IMG/VR virus record: IMGVR_UViG_3300028591_006041
Location: 17,708 to 81,707 of that record
DNA: 64,000 nt
Origin: a virus
Lineage: Duplodnaviria > Caudoviricetes
Direction: 5' to 3' (one strand)
Shown here: positions 10,324 to 19,584 of the stretch, one piece after another
Numbering within the stretch: the first letter of the stretch is position 1
Layout: every line of letters starts with the position of its first letter
Position numbers and translations under genes: made by a program
The notes under the pieces: model-generated
The model's database searches: none
What the model was told of the DNA's origin: nothing
The model's input: the letters and a program-made list of their open reading frames with translations, nothing else

Positions 10324-10488
10324 TTATTCTTCCCAAACTGAATGTTTATTGACTAAAATTTCTGAACCATCTTCAATAAGTTCATCTTCATTAGTATAAA
10401 TTGGAATACTCATAGGATTTTCCATTATATCTTCTGAATCAATTTCCTGAATTCGAATTGTAGGAATTATATAATGTTTCTTATTCAT
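10324..10488 (-). CDS. 54-aa acidic peptide with YxxP leader-like motif (not in ORF track)
   Basis: Manual translation MNKKHYIIPTIRIQEIDSEDIMENPMSIPIYTNEDELIEDGSEILVNKHSVWEE*; fills the gap between operon genes exactly. Confidence 0.6.
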   Translation of the reverse strand: MNKKHYIIPTIRIQEIDSEDIMENPMSIPIYTNEDELIEDGSEILVNKHSVWEE

Positions 10489-10489
10489 A

Positions 10490-10720
10490 TCAATCATTTT
10501 CTCTTTTAAAATATGTTTCCCAAATCCTATCTGCTATTGCTACTGTCTCATCTTCTTCAGCATACATAAGAGCTTCCGTCAATTCAGGATGCATAGCATA
10601 ATCATATTCACCCCAATTAGGATATTCTCCAGGATATTCATTATCCCATCTAATCAAATACTTAATGGCAAGCATCAAATCATCTACGCTAAATTTTGTT
10701 TTTGGCTTTTCCATGTTCAT
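10490..10720 (-). CDS. Hypothetical protein
   Basis: 76-aa ORF in operon. Confidence 0.55.
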   Translation of the reverse strand: MNMEKPKTKFSVDDLMLAIKYLIRWDNEYPGEYPNWGEYDYAMHPELTEALMYAEEDETVAIADRIWETYFKREND

Positions 10721-11029
10721 TTCTTATTAATGTTAAACAATATTTCTGGATGAAATTCGGTGACAATATCTTTATCATCAACTTTAAATGTACGCTTTGT
10801 ATACTTACGTTTTTTCTTTGGAGTTTCTTTTCCAAATGATGATATTATATCATTAAGCGAATCAAAAAAATCATCAAATGTTTTCATTTTCTACAGTTTT
10901 TAAAATGTCAATAAAAAATCTAAGACTACGTTTTGTTGGCAAATGAGACGAATTGATTGCATCAATCAAAAGCTCAGCAGTTTCTTTATTAATTTCAACA
11001 GTCATAAATTAGAATTTTAATACATTTAT

Positions 11030-11057
11030 AATATAGTTACAAATGGTAAAAATTCAA
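11030..11057 (-). promoter_or_regulatory. Class A promoter TTGAAT-N16-TATATT
   Basis: Same hexamers and spacing at 16238, 22340, 31832 and 44393. Confidence 0.7.
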
Positions 11058-11060
11058 TTT

Positions 11061-11073
11061 TATTTTTAATAAA
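11061..11073 (+). promoter_or_regulatory. Class B (putative late) promoter motif TATTTTTAATAAA
   Basis: Exact copies also at 2813, 16279, 24284, 38409, 44435 and 62817 (minus), each just upstream of a gene or candidate RNA. Confidence 0.6.
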
Positions 11074-11092
11074 TTAAATCTTATTTATAAAG

Positions 11093-13294
11093 ATGTCTAA
11101 ATATTTGCAACAATTTGAAACATTTGATACTTTTTTAAAAAATATTCCAATAAATTTGAATATTAGCTATTTAGAAGATAGTGATACTTTTATTTTTGGT
11201 TTAATAGGATCAGATAATTTAATAATATATGAGAATGAAACAAAACTAAATAATATGACAAGCCCATATGGTGATAATGGTATTTGGTCTTCAACTTTAA
11301 AAGGTAATGATTATTTAGATAGCTATTCTATAGGAATATTGTCCCTTGAAGATAATTATAATATTCAATTTAATGCAAATATATATAAATTATATTTTAA
11401 TGATCCTTATATATTGACTTACAACAGATCTATTTTGGGTGATTATCAACATAATATTGGAGAAATAGAACTTGGTAATAAAGTAACTATACAAAATTTA
11501 TCAAATAATTATATATTACACAAAAGTTCACCCTATGATACAGATATATATAATTGTATAATTGATGAAAATAATCCTGATATAGATTCAAGAGATAATT
11601 GTAATGCTATTATATACACATCAACTAATACTTTAAGTACAGGATTTATTAATACAACTATTCCAAATAGTGTTGTTTCAATAGGAAATAATGCATTTGC
11701 TTATACAAATAAACTTTATATCATAACTATACCAAGTTCAGTTACATCTATAGGTACTCAATCATTTAATTATTGTAAAGATTTACATTATGTTATAATT
11801 GAGTCTACTACACCACCTACAGTAACAAATACTTCATTTGGAAATTGTGCTAATTATATGAAAATATTTGTACCTGATAATAATGTAGATACTTATAAAA
11901 ATGATTCAAATTGGTCAACTTATAGTAGTAGAATTTATTCAATAAATGATATAGGAAAATTTATTTATTATTATGGTAGTAGTAAACTTCCTGAAACAAC
12001 ATCAAGTAAGAATTCAGGAATACATACGGGTGCATTTCCAACAATAACAAATCATTCTTATGATAGTAATAGTCAATGTGGATGTATAGAATTTGAATCA
12101 TCAGTTGAAACTATAGGTGGTTATGGATTTTGGTCATGTAGTTCAATATGCACAAAAATAATATTACCACCAACTATATCTAATGTTAGTACAAACTATT
12201 CATTAGGTGCTAATAATAGTTCATTAGAATTTATTTTTACTAATCGATATTATAATTATAATTTAATAAATCAGTTAAATGATGGAAATACGAGATATCA
12301 ATCTTCAATAAGAATTATTCCTGACATCCTTAATGTATCATATAATTCTAATAATGCAGCAATTCCTGAAATAGTTTTAATTCCACATAGAGTAAAAGCT
12401 ATAACATCATTTAAAATTGCAAATAGAGAAGATTTATTCAAAATTAAATATATAAAAATACCAAAAGGAATAAAATATATACGCAGTTATTTTGGAACAT
12501 GGTCTACACCTTATAATGGTGGTGGTGGATCTAATCAAATAACAGAATATATATGGTGTTCAGCCATTAAAAATAAAAATGGTATATATTATTTAGATGA
12601 TTATGTAATAGCAGTATATAATTCTAATGTTAGTCAAATTATTATTTGGGAAGGAATACATACTATAGCAAATGAATTTATTCTTAAATGCGCTGAAAAT
12701 AGTTATTTAGAAATATCTTCTACAGTAAAAAATATATGTGATAATATATTTGGTTTTTATCAAATATTAATTACTGGAAGTGGAGCTTATATTAAATATA
12801 TATATACAATAAATAATATATCAAATATTGTGGTAAATTCAAATAATACCACATATGATTCACGAAATAATTGTAATGCTATAATAGAAACAGCCACAAA
12901 TAAACTTATAGCGGGATGTAGAAATTCCACTATTCCTAATACTATTACTTCTATTGGTAATAATGCTTTCAGTCATTGTACTGGTATTACAAATATTATA
13001 ATACCAAATAGTGTTACTTCAATTGGTGAATATGCTTTCTATATGTGTAGTGGTCTTGCAAGTGTGACAATTGGTAATAGTGTCACTACCATTGGTCAAA
13101 ATGCTTTCAATGGTTGTAGCGGTCTTACAAGTGTGACAATTGAAGCTACAATACCACCAACACTTATGAGTAATGCATTTGGTAATAATGCAAGTGGTCG
13201 TAAGATATATGTACCGGCTGCAAATGTTGATACTTATAAAACAACAAATGGATGGTCATCTTATGCATCATATATAGAAGCAATACCAACATAA
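11093..13294 (+). CDS. BspA-type LRR protein, mosaic
   Basis: Two DSR(D/N)NCNAII..T.PN+LRR blocks, each ending RKIYVP-type; N-terminus MSKYLQQFET resembles that of 4493. Confidence 0.85.
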   Translation: MSKYLQQFETFDTFLKNIPINLNISYLEDSDTFIFGLIGSDNLIIYENETKLNNMTSPYGDNGIWSSTLKGNDYLDSYSIGILSLEDNYNIQFNANIYKLYFNDPYILTYNRSILGDYQHNIGEIELGNKVTIQNLSNNYILHKSSPYDTDIYNCIIDENNPDIDSRDNCNAIIYTSTNTLSTGFINTTIPNSVVSIGNNAFAYTNKLYIITIPSSVTSIGTQSFNYCKDLHYVIIESTTPPTVTNTSFGNCANYMKIFVPDNNVDTYKNDSNWSTYSSRIYSINDIGKFIYYYGSSKLPETTSSKNSGIHTGAFPTITNHSYDSNSQCGCIEFESSVETIGGYGFWSCSSICTKIILPPTISNVSTNYSLGANNSSLEFIFTNRYYNYNLINQLNDGNTRYQSSIRIIPDILNVSYNSNNAAIPEIVLIPHRVKAITSFKIANREDLFKIKYIKIPKGIKYIRSYFGTWSTPYNGGGGSNQITEYIWCSAIKNKNGIYYLDDYVIAVYNSNVSQIIIWEGIHTIANEFILKCAENSYLEISSTVKNICDNIFGFYQILITGSGAYIKYIYTINNISNIVVNSNNTTYDSRNNCNAIIETATNKLIAGCRNSTIPNTITSIGNNAFSHCTGITNIIIPNSVTSIGEYAFYMCSGLASVTIGNSVTTIGQNAFNGCSGLTSVTIEATIPPTLMSNAFGNNASGRKIYVPAANVDTYKTTNGWSSYASYIEAIPT

Positions 13295-13325
13295 AAAAGG
13301 AATAACCTCAATAGTTATTCCTTTT
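13295..13325. terminator. Bidirectional terminator
   Basis: aaaaggaataac-ctcaata-gttattcctttt. Confidence 0.7.
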
Positions 13326-13478
13326 AAAAGTATATTTATTCCAATCTGATGCATATCTAAAGGGATATTGACAATAAGAACATTGAAATATTTCTCCATC
13401 TTCATCGATGGCCTTAGATATATTTATCTCAACATTTTTATAACATTTTGGACATTTGACTATATCCATTGATTTCAT
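13308..13478 (-). CDS. Small zinc-ribbon protein (56 aa, not in ORF track)
   Basis: Manual translation MKSMDIVKCPKCYK...FQCSYCQYPFRY...NNY*. Confidence 0.55.
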   Translation of the reverse strand: MKSMDIVKCPKCYKNVEINISKAIDEDGEIFQCSYCQYPFRYASDWNKYTFKRNNY

Positions 13479-13493
13479 TATAATATAATTTTG

Positions 13494-13724
13494 TTAGAAT
13501 TCACTCTTCATCCTGACACTAATTCTTCCTTTCGTCAAATCATAAGGACTCATCTCAACCTTTACTCTATCTCCAAGAATAAGTTGAATATTATGAATTC
13601 TCATCTTACCGGAAATAGTGCATCTTACAACAAATCCATTATCTAATTCGACATTAAAGAAAGAACTTGGAAGTACCTCAACAATAGTTCCTTCTTGTAT
13701 TAAACAATTTTGTTTACTCATCAA
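13494..13724 (-). CDS. infA: Translation initiation factor IF-1
   Basis: EGTIVEVLP..FNVELDNG..CTISGKMR...I.LGDRVKVEMSPYDLTKGRI. Confidence 0.95.
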   Translation of the reverse strand: MMSKQNCLIQEGTIVEVLPSSFFNVELDNGFVVRCTISGKMRIHNIQLILGDRVKVEMSPYDLTKGRISVRMKSEF

Positions 13725-13907
13725 TAATTATTTATTAAATTTTTTCAAGAATAAATATTGCACCATTACTTTCAGGTTTCCAGTCTTTTATTGACCAACC
13801 TTCACCTAAAAACTTATTTAATGCTGGGCATTCATAATAGCAATAATTATTATCTATATCTATACATTCCCAACAAAAATTTTCATTTTTTATATTAATA
13901 ACCTTAA

Positions 13908-14078
13908 TCATGTGTCTGTCTTTTTTAGTTCATTAATCAATGCATCTGCATACTCTACTGAAAATTTAGCTATTTCATCAATGTTAATATAATTAATATT
14001 AGAACATCCAAGTATTCTTGAAGTCATAACTTCTTTAGCAACTTCAAATCTTCTTTGCTCCCAATTAATTTCACCCAT
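13908..14078 (-). CDS. Small conserved phage protein (56 aa, not in ORF track)
   Basis: MGEINWEQRRFEVAKE...YADALINELKK; recalled WEQRRYEIAK family of Bacteroidota phages. Confidence 0.6.
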   Translation of the reverse strand: MGEINWEQRRFEVAKEVMTSRILGCSNINYINIDEIAKFSVEYADALINELKKTDT

Positions 14079-14123
14079 ATAATTATAATATTGAAAATTA
14101 ATAATCTTTAATTAAAAATGTAA

Positions 14124-14155
14124 AGAAAGAGCCGTATTAGGCTACAGCTCTTTCT
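14124..14155 (-). terminator. Terminator after the TROVE gene
   Basis: agaaagagc...gctctttct inverted repeat. Confidence 0.55.
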
Positions 14156-15834
14156 GGAGTATAGTTAGGATCGATAACAATCTTTCTAACCTTATCAATA
14201 TGTGCTTGTGGATTGAACTCCAACTTTGCTACATCCTCAAACATTGAGTAGCCATAACCGAAGTAGTAGCCAATTTTATCTGTTTGTGGAAGAATTGTAG
14301 TTCCGTAAGAAGCAAGGTCTACACAGTATACATAAGGACTACATACATCGTGTACATACTTCTTATATGCATCTTTTACCCAATCTCCATAGTAGTAGCT
14401 ACGAGAGTTGCACTCATTATCTGAAAGAACAAATATTCTATCGTATTTTCTCTTCCACATTCTAATCATTTCAAATGCAGAACCAATAGATGTTCCTCCC
14501 CACATAGCTGCATTCTCAATTTGCTTAGCAATAGCAAATACATTGTCTGATTGACGATACTTAAACTCCTTAGCAGATGATGAGAACAAAACAACATCTC
14601 CACCGCATGCCTTAGCAATTGTAGCACCAATAAGTGCAGCTTCTGACATAGCAGTTCTGCTAATTATTTTTCTACCGTTTTTGTTATTTCCCATTGTACA
14701 TGGTGAACTCATAGAACCAGAAGTATCAATCATTACACAAGTCTTTCCTCCAAGCAATACTTTCAAATTAGGAAGAGCTGTCTCATATCCATTACGAAGA
14801 GCTTGTTTGATTTGATCTCCATAAGTGCAATATGGAAATTCAGTTTCAATAGTCATATAAGCCAAATCAAGTTGATAAGGCATAATAAGACCATTACGAA
14901 TCTTATCTCCATCTTGTACTAACTTACAAAGAGCATTGATTACTGACTCACGAGGATCCTTAAGCATGTTACGGATATTTCTCAAAGCTGCAAGAATTCC
15001 AAGCTTACCCTCCATAAGAAGAGACTCCCAGTTGTCATTCTTAGCCTCTGCCAATACCTTCTCAGCTTCATCCTTAGAAATTTTACCCTCCTTAACTGCC
15101 TTGGCAACCTCTTGTCCTGCATCTGATTGAGCAGCTTCCCAAGTGTCTGCAGTAACAGTAATACCTTGCATAAGGGCATCCAAAGTCTTCATCTTTTTGC
15201 CATTAACAGTAATAACTGCATTTGACAATGCTGAATTTGGGTGAACAAGATTAGCCAAGTCAATAGCTGCATCCTTGTACTTAGCAAGTTGATAAGTATC
15301 AAGAGTGATAAGAGCCTTTGCAAAACCCTTCTTCATGGCATTTGACAATGTTCCACCATTCAATGCGCTATAAGCATCCTTGATAGCCTCCATGTCATCA
15401 ACACGATAAATACATCCACCTTGCTTATTCTTCTTATCCCAAAGACCATAGAATGCCTTAGCCCATGGTTGACCAGCAACGAATGGAGCTGCCAATGTAG
15501 CTGCAAGTTGGTTAATAGAACGCATACCTTCTCCACAACAACGTGAATAAACAATTGCTTGAGCAAGAAAATATGGATCCTTAAGACCAATCTTCTCAAT
15601 CAAATCACGAAGCTCAACAAGAATCTCATCCTCACTTCTGTAATATTGATCTTGAATCTTGAGAGTATTAAGCATAGACAAAAGTCTAAGCTCATCAGCT
15701 ACAGAATAAGCTTTGAAACCTTGACGGTTTACAGTGTCCTCATTAGGTATTGAAGCAACCTCTTGGACTCTCTCTTTTGACGCCATTACACCTAGTGCAT
15801 TCTTCAATTGGGCGTTTCTGTCCTTCATCTTCAT
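14137..15834 (-). CDS. Ro60/Rsr-like TROVE-domain RNA-binding protein with C-terminal vWA domain
   Basis: NRQGFKAY, DPYFLAQAIVYSR..GMRS, LVHP, TWE, ALRNIRNM; MIDAS IDTSGSM, GGTSI, LSDNE. Confidence 0.9.
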   Translation of the reverse strand: MKMKDRNAQLKNALGVMASKERVQEVASIPNEDTVNRQGFKAYSVADELRLLSMLNTLKIQDQYYRSEDEILVELRDLIEKIGLKDPYFLAQAIVYSRCCGEGMRSINQLAATLAAPFVAGQPWAKAFYGLWDKKNKQGGCIYRVDDMEAIKDAYSALNGGTLSNAMKKGFAKALITLDTYQLAKYKDAAIDLANLVHPNSALSNAVITVNGKKMKTLDALMQGITVTADTWEAAQSDAGQEVAKAVKEGKISKDEAEKVLAEAKNDNWESLLMEGKLGILAALRNIRNMLKDPRESVINALCKLVQDGDKIRNGLIMPYQLDLAYMTIETEFPYCTYGDQIKQALRNGYETALPNLKVLLGGKTCVMIDTSGSMSSPCTMGNNKNGRKIISRTAMSEAALIGATIAKACGGDVVLFSSSAKEFKYRQSDNVFAIAKQIENAAMWGGTSIGSAFEMIRMWKRKYDRIFVLSDNECNSRSYYYGDWVKDAYKKYVHDVCSPYVYCVDLASYGTTILPQTDKIGYYFGYGYSMFEDVAKLEFNPQAHIDKVRKIVIDPNYTPERAVA

Positions 15835-15878
15835 AATTTTGACTATTCTAAATGTTAATATAAATTTAAAAAGAAATT

Positions 15879-16205
15879 TTAATGTTTATAATGTTTGTTT
15901 TTCAAAACTCTATCATACTTTTGATGATAATATTCTCCAGAACGATAAGGATCTTTATCCATTTTCTTTATGGTGTCTTTATTGACAAGAACATATCCAT
16001 CAGTTGGCTCTCTCCAGGTATCTTTCTTAACCTTTTCAGGATCTGTAATTATGTTCTCTACTTCTTCTGGATCATAATTTGACATTAATGAACGAAGATT
16101 GTTTTTTCCAGCTCGTTTAGTATTTCTACGACGAGTTTTGTAATAACTTCGATTGTCTCCTACCGCGATAGGTTGACGAACATTTTTACGATAAGTTTTA
16201 CTCAT
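15879..16205 (-). CDS. Basic hypothetical protein
   Basis: 108-aa Arg/Lys-rich ORF, first gene after the class A promoter, upstream of TROVE. Confidence 0.6.
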   Translation of the reverse strand: MSKTYRKNVRQPIAVGDNRSYYKTRRRNTKRAGKNNLRSLMSNYDPEEVENIITDPEKVKKDTWREPTDGYVLVNKDTIKKMDKDPYRSGEYYHQKYDRVLKNKHYKH

Positions 16206-16237
16206 TTAAATTAAGTTTAATAATTAATGGTATATTT

Positions 16238-16265
16238 AATATAGTTACATTAATGAAAAATTCAA
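16238..16265 (-). promoter_or_regulatory. Class A promoter driving the TROVE/IF-1 operon
   Basis: TTGAAT-N16-TATATT. Confidence 0.7.
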
Positions 16266-16309
16266 TAAAATAAAAATATATTTTTAATAAAATTAAGAAT
16301 ATTTTTTGA

Positions 16310-18841
16310 ATGGATATTAAAGATAAAGTAAATTATATGATGATTCATAATGATAACTACGATTATCATTATGAAGACTATGATGGTCATCTTAATAATG
16401 GATTTACTAATATAATATTTAATGAATCTACAAATGAATTAATATGCTTATCTCATGTTTATAAAATAATTTATGATAAAGATAGTGGTATAAATATTGA
16501 ATATAATTTTTCTAATTCAGGTAATAATGTTACAGTACTTGATTATGCCACATCAATGTTTAAACTAAATGAAGATTATGCTATAGTTTATATAGAAGTA
16601 ACTACTCCTGAAGAAACATATGAAGAATCTGCATCAGTAATATACAATATAAATGATCAAATAAAAGATAATCAAGAACAACCAAATGAATGTACATTAT
16701 CTTATATATTAGATGAATTAGTTCTTGACGGAGAATTAGATTATTTTGATTACAGAACAATAAAAATAAGAATAAAGACTTCTAAAATAATTCATTTTGA
16801 AGATTCATTAGTCAAACAAATATGTGTAGAAAATTGGGGTAATAATTATACTCGTGCAGAAATAACTGAATATGAGGCAGCTCAAGTAAGCTATTTTGAT
16901 CAAAGATTTCAAAATACTGCAATAACAAAATTCAATGAGCTTAAGTATTTTACAGGAATAATGACATTCCAATATGAGAATTCTTCTGGTAACAATAATG
17001 GTACTGCGACTCATAATAGTTATTCAACTGGACAATTTTATAAGTGTACTAAACTAGAAGAAGTAACTTTACCAGAAATGCAAGTAAGTACATGTATATG
17101 TGGAATGTTTTTGGGTTGTAGCAAGTTGAAATTTGCAGACCTTTCTCCTCTTACTAAGAATTTTAATTTGCATGGTGCCACTTCTTCTTGTTTTAAAGGT
17201 TGTACTTCATTAGAAGAAGTGATTATGCCATCTGGTAAATATAATATTAATAATTCAACAACAAACATGTATCAAATGTTTCTAACTTGTACTTCATTAA
17301 AAAGAATAATATTCAATGGAAATGTTGATTTTGGAAAGTTAAGATATAGAACCTATGGATCAGATAATATATGTAGCAAATGTACAGAAATAATTTTTAA
17401 TGGAACAGTTTCAGGTATCGGCATTTCAAATAGCGATTATCAATGTTATTATTTTTATAATTATCCTAATCTTAACAGAATATCGATGCTTAAAATCATT
17501 TCAGGAATGAATGTAAATGTAACTAACAAAATGGTATACTTTTATGATTTTGGTATAAAAACTCGACTTTACAGCGAAGATTGTCAAGAAATAATAAATA
17601 GAGGTTATACAAATTTATGGAAAATACTATATATAAATGGAATAAAATATGAGCATTGGTTAGTCAATTATAATCCGGTGCCATCAATAAGAATAGGAAC
17701 AAACATAACTTTATCTAATCTTCAAAACTTTACATTCAACAATGATACAAGAGTGTTAAGCTTTCCAATAAAATGTGGAGCATTATCTATGGATTTGTCA
17801 TGTCAAACTGGACAAAATTTTACAATAGGATTGTCAGGTGTAGACTTATATGATATTGCAAGAAATGTTGGAATTATATTCTATACTGAACATGCATGTA
17901 CAATGGATAGTTTGATAATAGATGTTGTTGAAAATGAAGCTGGAAGTATATCTTATGTAGGTTCAAATAGTACGGTACTTTCTGTACAATTAATCAACTC
18001 ATTTGGTGCAACAATGGCAAATATGGGTATGTCTGATTACGGAAGTGCTTATTCACGATTAATATATGCTCATAGTTCATCTAAATCAACAAACATCCAA
18101 ACACATATTGAATTAAATGACTTTTATTGTCCTAAAGGATCATTGATACTTATACAAGATAGAACAGCTGGAGCCACCTTAAGCTATTCAATATCTACTA
18201 CCCAAAATTCTTCTTTAGAAGACATATTCATTAATGGTGAATATTGGTATGTCGATTACGGTATTTGTATAGAAAAGATAATAGATACAGACATAGTACC
18301 TACATCTGACATGAGAATGAAAGCAGAATTCATATTATATAGAAATCCTTATAACAATGATCCTGATCCCAACCAAAAACATATGATTATGGGAAGTGTA
18401 CAAGGAGGTAGTACTGATTCAGGATTATTTCAAATATTTGCAAGTAGTGATAAAGAATTTACTATGGCATGGGCTCATAATTCACAAACAAAAGAAACAT
18501 ACACAAACAGAGTTGCATCAGGAGCAGTATTAGATGGTGTTAGTCATGATATTACTATTGATAAAAATGGATTTACTATATATTGTCCCAATTATAATGG
18601 AACTGAATCTAAAACATTCTCAGGAACCATAATAGCAAATAATGCTGGCTATCATTTGTTATTATATCCTTGCATATGGTTACATAGATTAAGAATATGG
18701 GACAATATAGATTCTACACCTACGCTTATACATGAAATAGTTGGAGTAAGAAACAATCTTAATTCTAAAGAAGGATTATATGATTTGATTACTGGAAAAT
18801 TCTGGACAACAAAATATGACAACTATGAAGTAAAAGTTTGA
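16310..18841 (+). CDS. LRR (BspA-like) protein with C-terminal beta-sandwich; probable virion surface protein
   Basis: FNELKYFTG, FYKCTKLEEVTLP, FKGCTSLEEV; C-terminal EIVGVRN..EGLYDLITGKFW. Confidence 0.65.
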   Translation: MDIKDKVNYMMIHNDNYDYHYEDYDGHLNNGFTNIIFNESTNELICLSHVYKIIYDKDSGINIEYNFSNSGNNVTVLDYATSMFKLNEDYAIVYIEVTTPEETYEESASVIYNINDQIKDNQEQPNECTLSYILDELVLDGELDYFDYRTIKIRIKTSKIIHFEDSLVKQICVENWGNNYTRAEITEYEAAQVSYFDQRFQNTAITKFNELKYFTGIMTFQYENSSGNNNGTATHNSYSTGQFYKCTKLEEVTLPEMQVSTCICGMFLGCSKLKFADLSPLTKNFNLHGATSSCFKGCTSLEEVIMPSGKYNINNSTTNMYQMFLTCTSLKRIIFNGNVDFGKLRYRTYGSDNICSKCTEIIFNGTVSGIGISNSDYQCYYFYNYPNLNRISMLKIISGMNVNVTNKMVYFYDFGIKTRLYSEDCQEIINRGYTNLWKILYINGIKYEHWLVNYNPVPSIRIGTNITLSNLQNFTFNNDTRVLSFPIKCGALSMDLSCQTGQNFTIGLSGVDLYDIARNVGIIFYTEHACTMDSLIIDVVENEAGSISYVGSNSTVLSVQLINSFGATMANMGMSDYGSAYSRLIYAHSSSKSTNIQTHIELNDFYCPKGSLILIQDRTAGATLSYSISTTQNSSLEDIFINGEYWYVDYGICIEKIIDTDIVPTSDMRMKAEFILYRNPYNNDPDPNQKHMIMGSVQGGSTDSGLFQIFASSDKEFTMAWAHNSQTKETYTNRVASGAVLDGVSHDITIDKNGFTIYCPNYNGTESKTFSGTIIANNAGYHLLLYPCIWLHRLRIWDNIDSTPTLIHEIVGVRNNLNSKEGLYDLITGKFWTTKYDNYEVKV

Positions 18842-19584
18842 TTGTCAGTAATATACATTATATTTTCTGAACTGTCATATCTTACTTTTTCCATTCCCAT
18901 CGAATTGAATATTTCTCTTTGAAAATCAATCCAAACAAATCTTTGTTCTCCTATACTTGAATAGTTAGCAAAATTTGTTCGGATTATTTTTTGCTCACTA
19001 TCTAACTCATTTTCAATATCAATATATCTTAAGCATTCTTCATAGAACTTAATCAAATCTTCTCTATATCCTATACAACATCCTGCATTGAAATAAACCA
19101 TCCAATCATCCATCAATTCTCTATTAGGAATGAAATCTATTTCTTCTTCAGGATAGTTATTGTAAGTAGAATTGAACAATATTCTATAAGATTGGCTAGT
19201 AAATTTGTCAACTATTTTGTTGAATGAGCTAATTACTACATCATAAGCATCTAACATCAATACAATATCTGTATTCACTTTATTTTTCAATGCATCAATA
19301 AAGTAAATTATCTTATTTGGCATATACCAATTTTTATTGTAGTCATAATCATCAGGTAATGCATTTGTATAAGGAACTTTATTGTTTTCTAATTGTTGAG
19401 CTAATATTGCTTTATCTTTATCTGTAAAAACTGTCAATATTGAAAGCCTATTATCTAACTTACATAATTTAGCTTTTTCAAATATTGTCTTTACAGTCTT
19501 AGGCAATATATGCACATTCTTTCCTTGAAAATGAAGGACATTCACTTCATTATCATACTTATTCAACGTTTTGAATTTTCTCAT
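18823..19584 (-). CDS. Glycosyltransferase (PLOD GT-domain-like)
   Basis: VLMLDAYDVV (DxD), YFNAGCCIGY, SEQ, WIDFQREIF. Confidence 0.7.
   Translation of the reverse strand: MRKFKTLNKYDNEVNVLHFQGKNVHILPKTVKTIFEKAKLCKLDNRLSILTVFTDKDKAILAQQLENNKVPYTNALPDDYDYNKNWYMPNKIIYFIDALKNKVNTDIVLMLDAYDVVISSFNKIVDKFTSQSYRILFNSTYNNYPEEEIDFIPNRELMDDWMVYFNAGCCIGYREDLIKFYEECLRYIDIENELDSEQKIIRTNFANYSSIGEQRFVWIDFQREIFNSMGMEKVRYDSSENIMYITDNQTFTS

Noticed and set aside
14936-15985. Short overlapping ORFs around TROVE
   Set aside because: Alternate-frame by-products of a higher-GC gene
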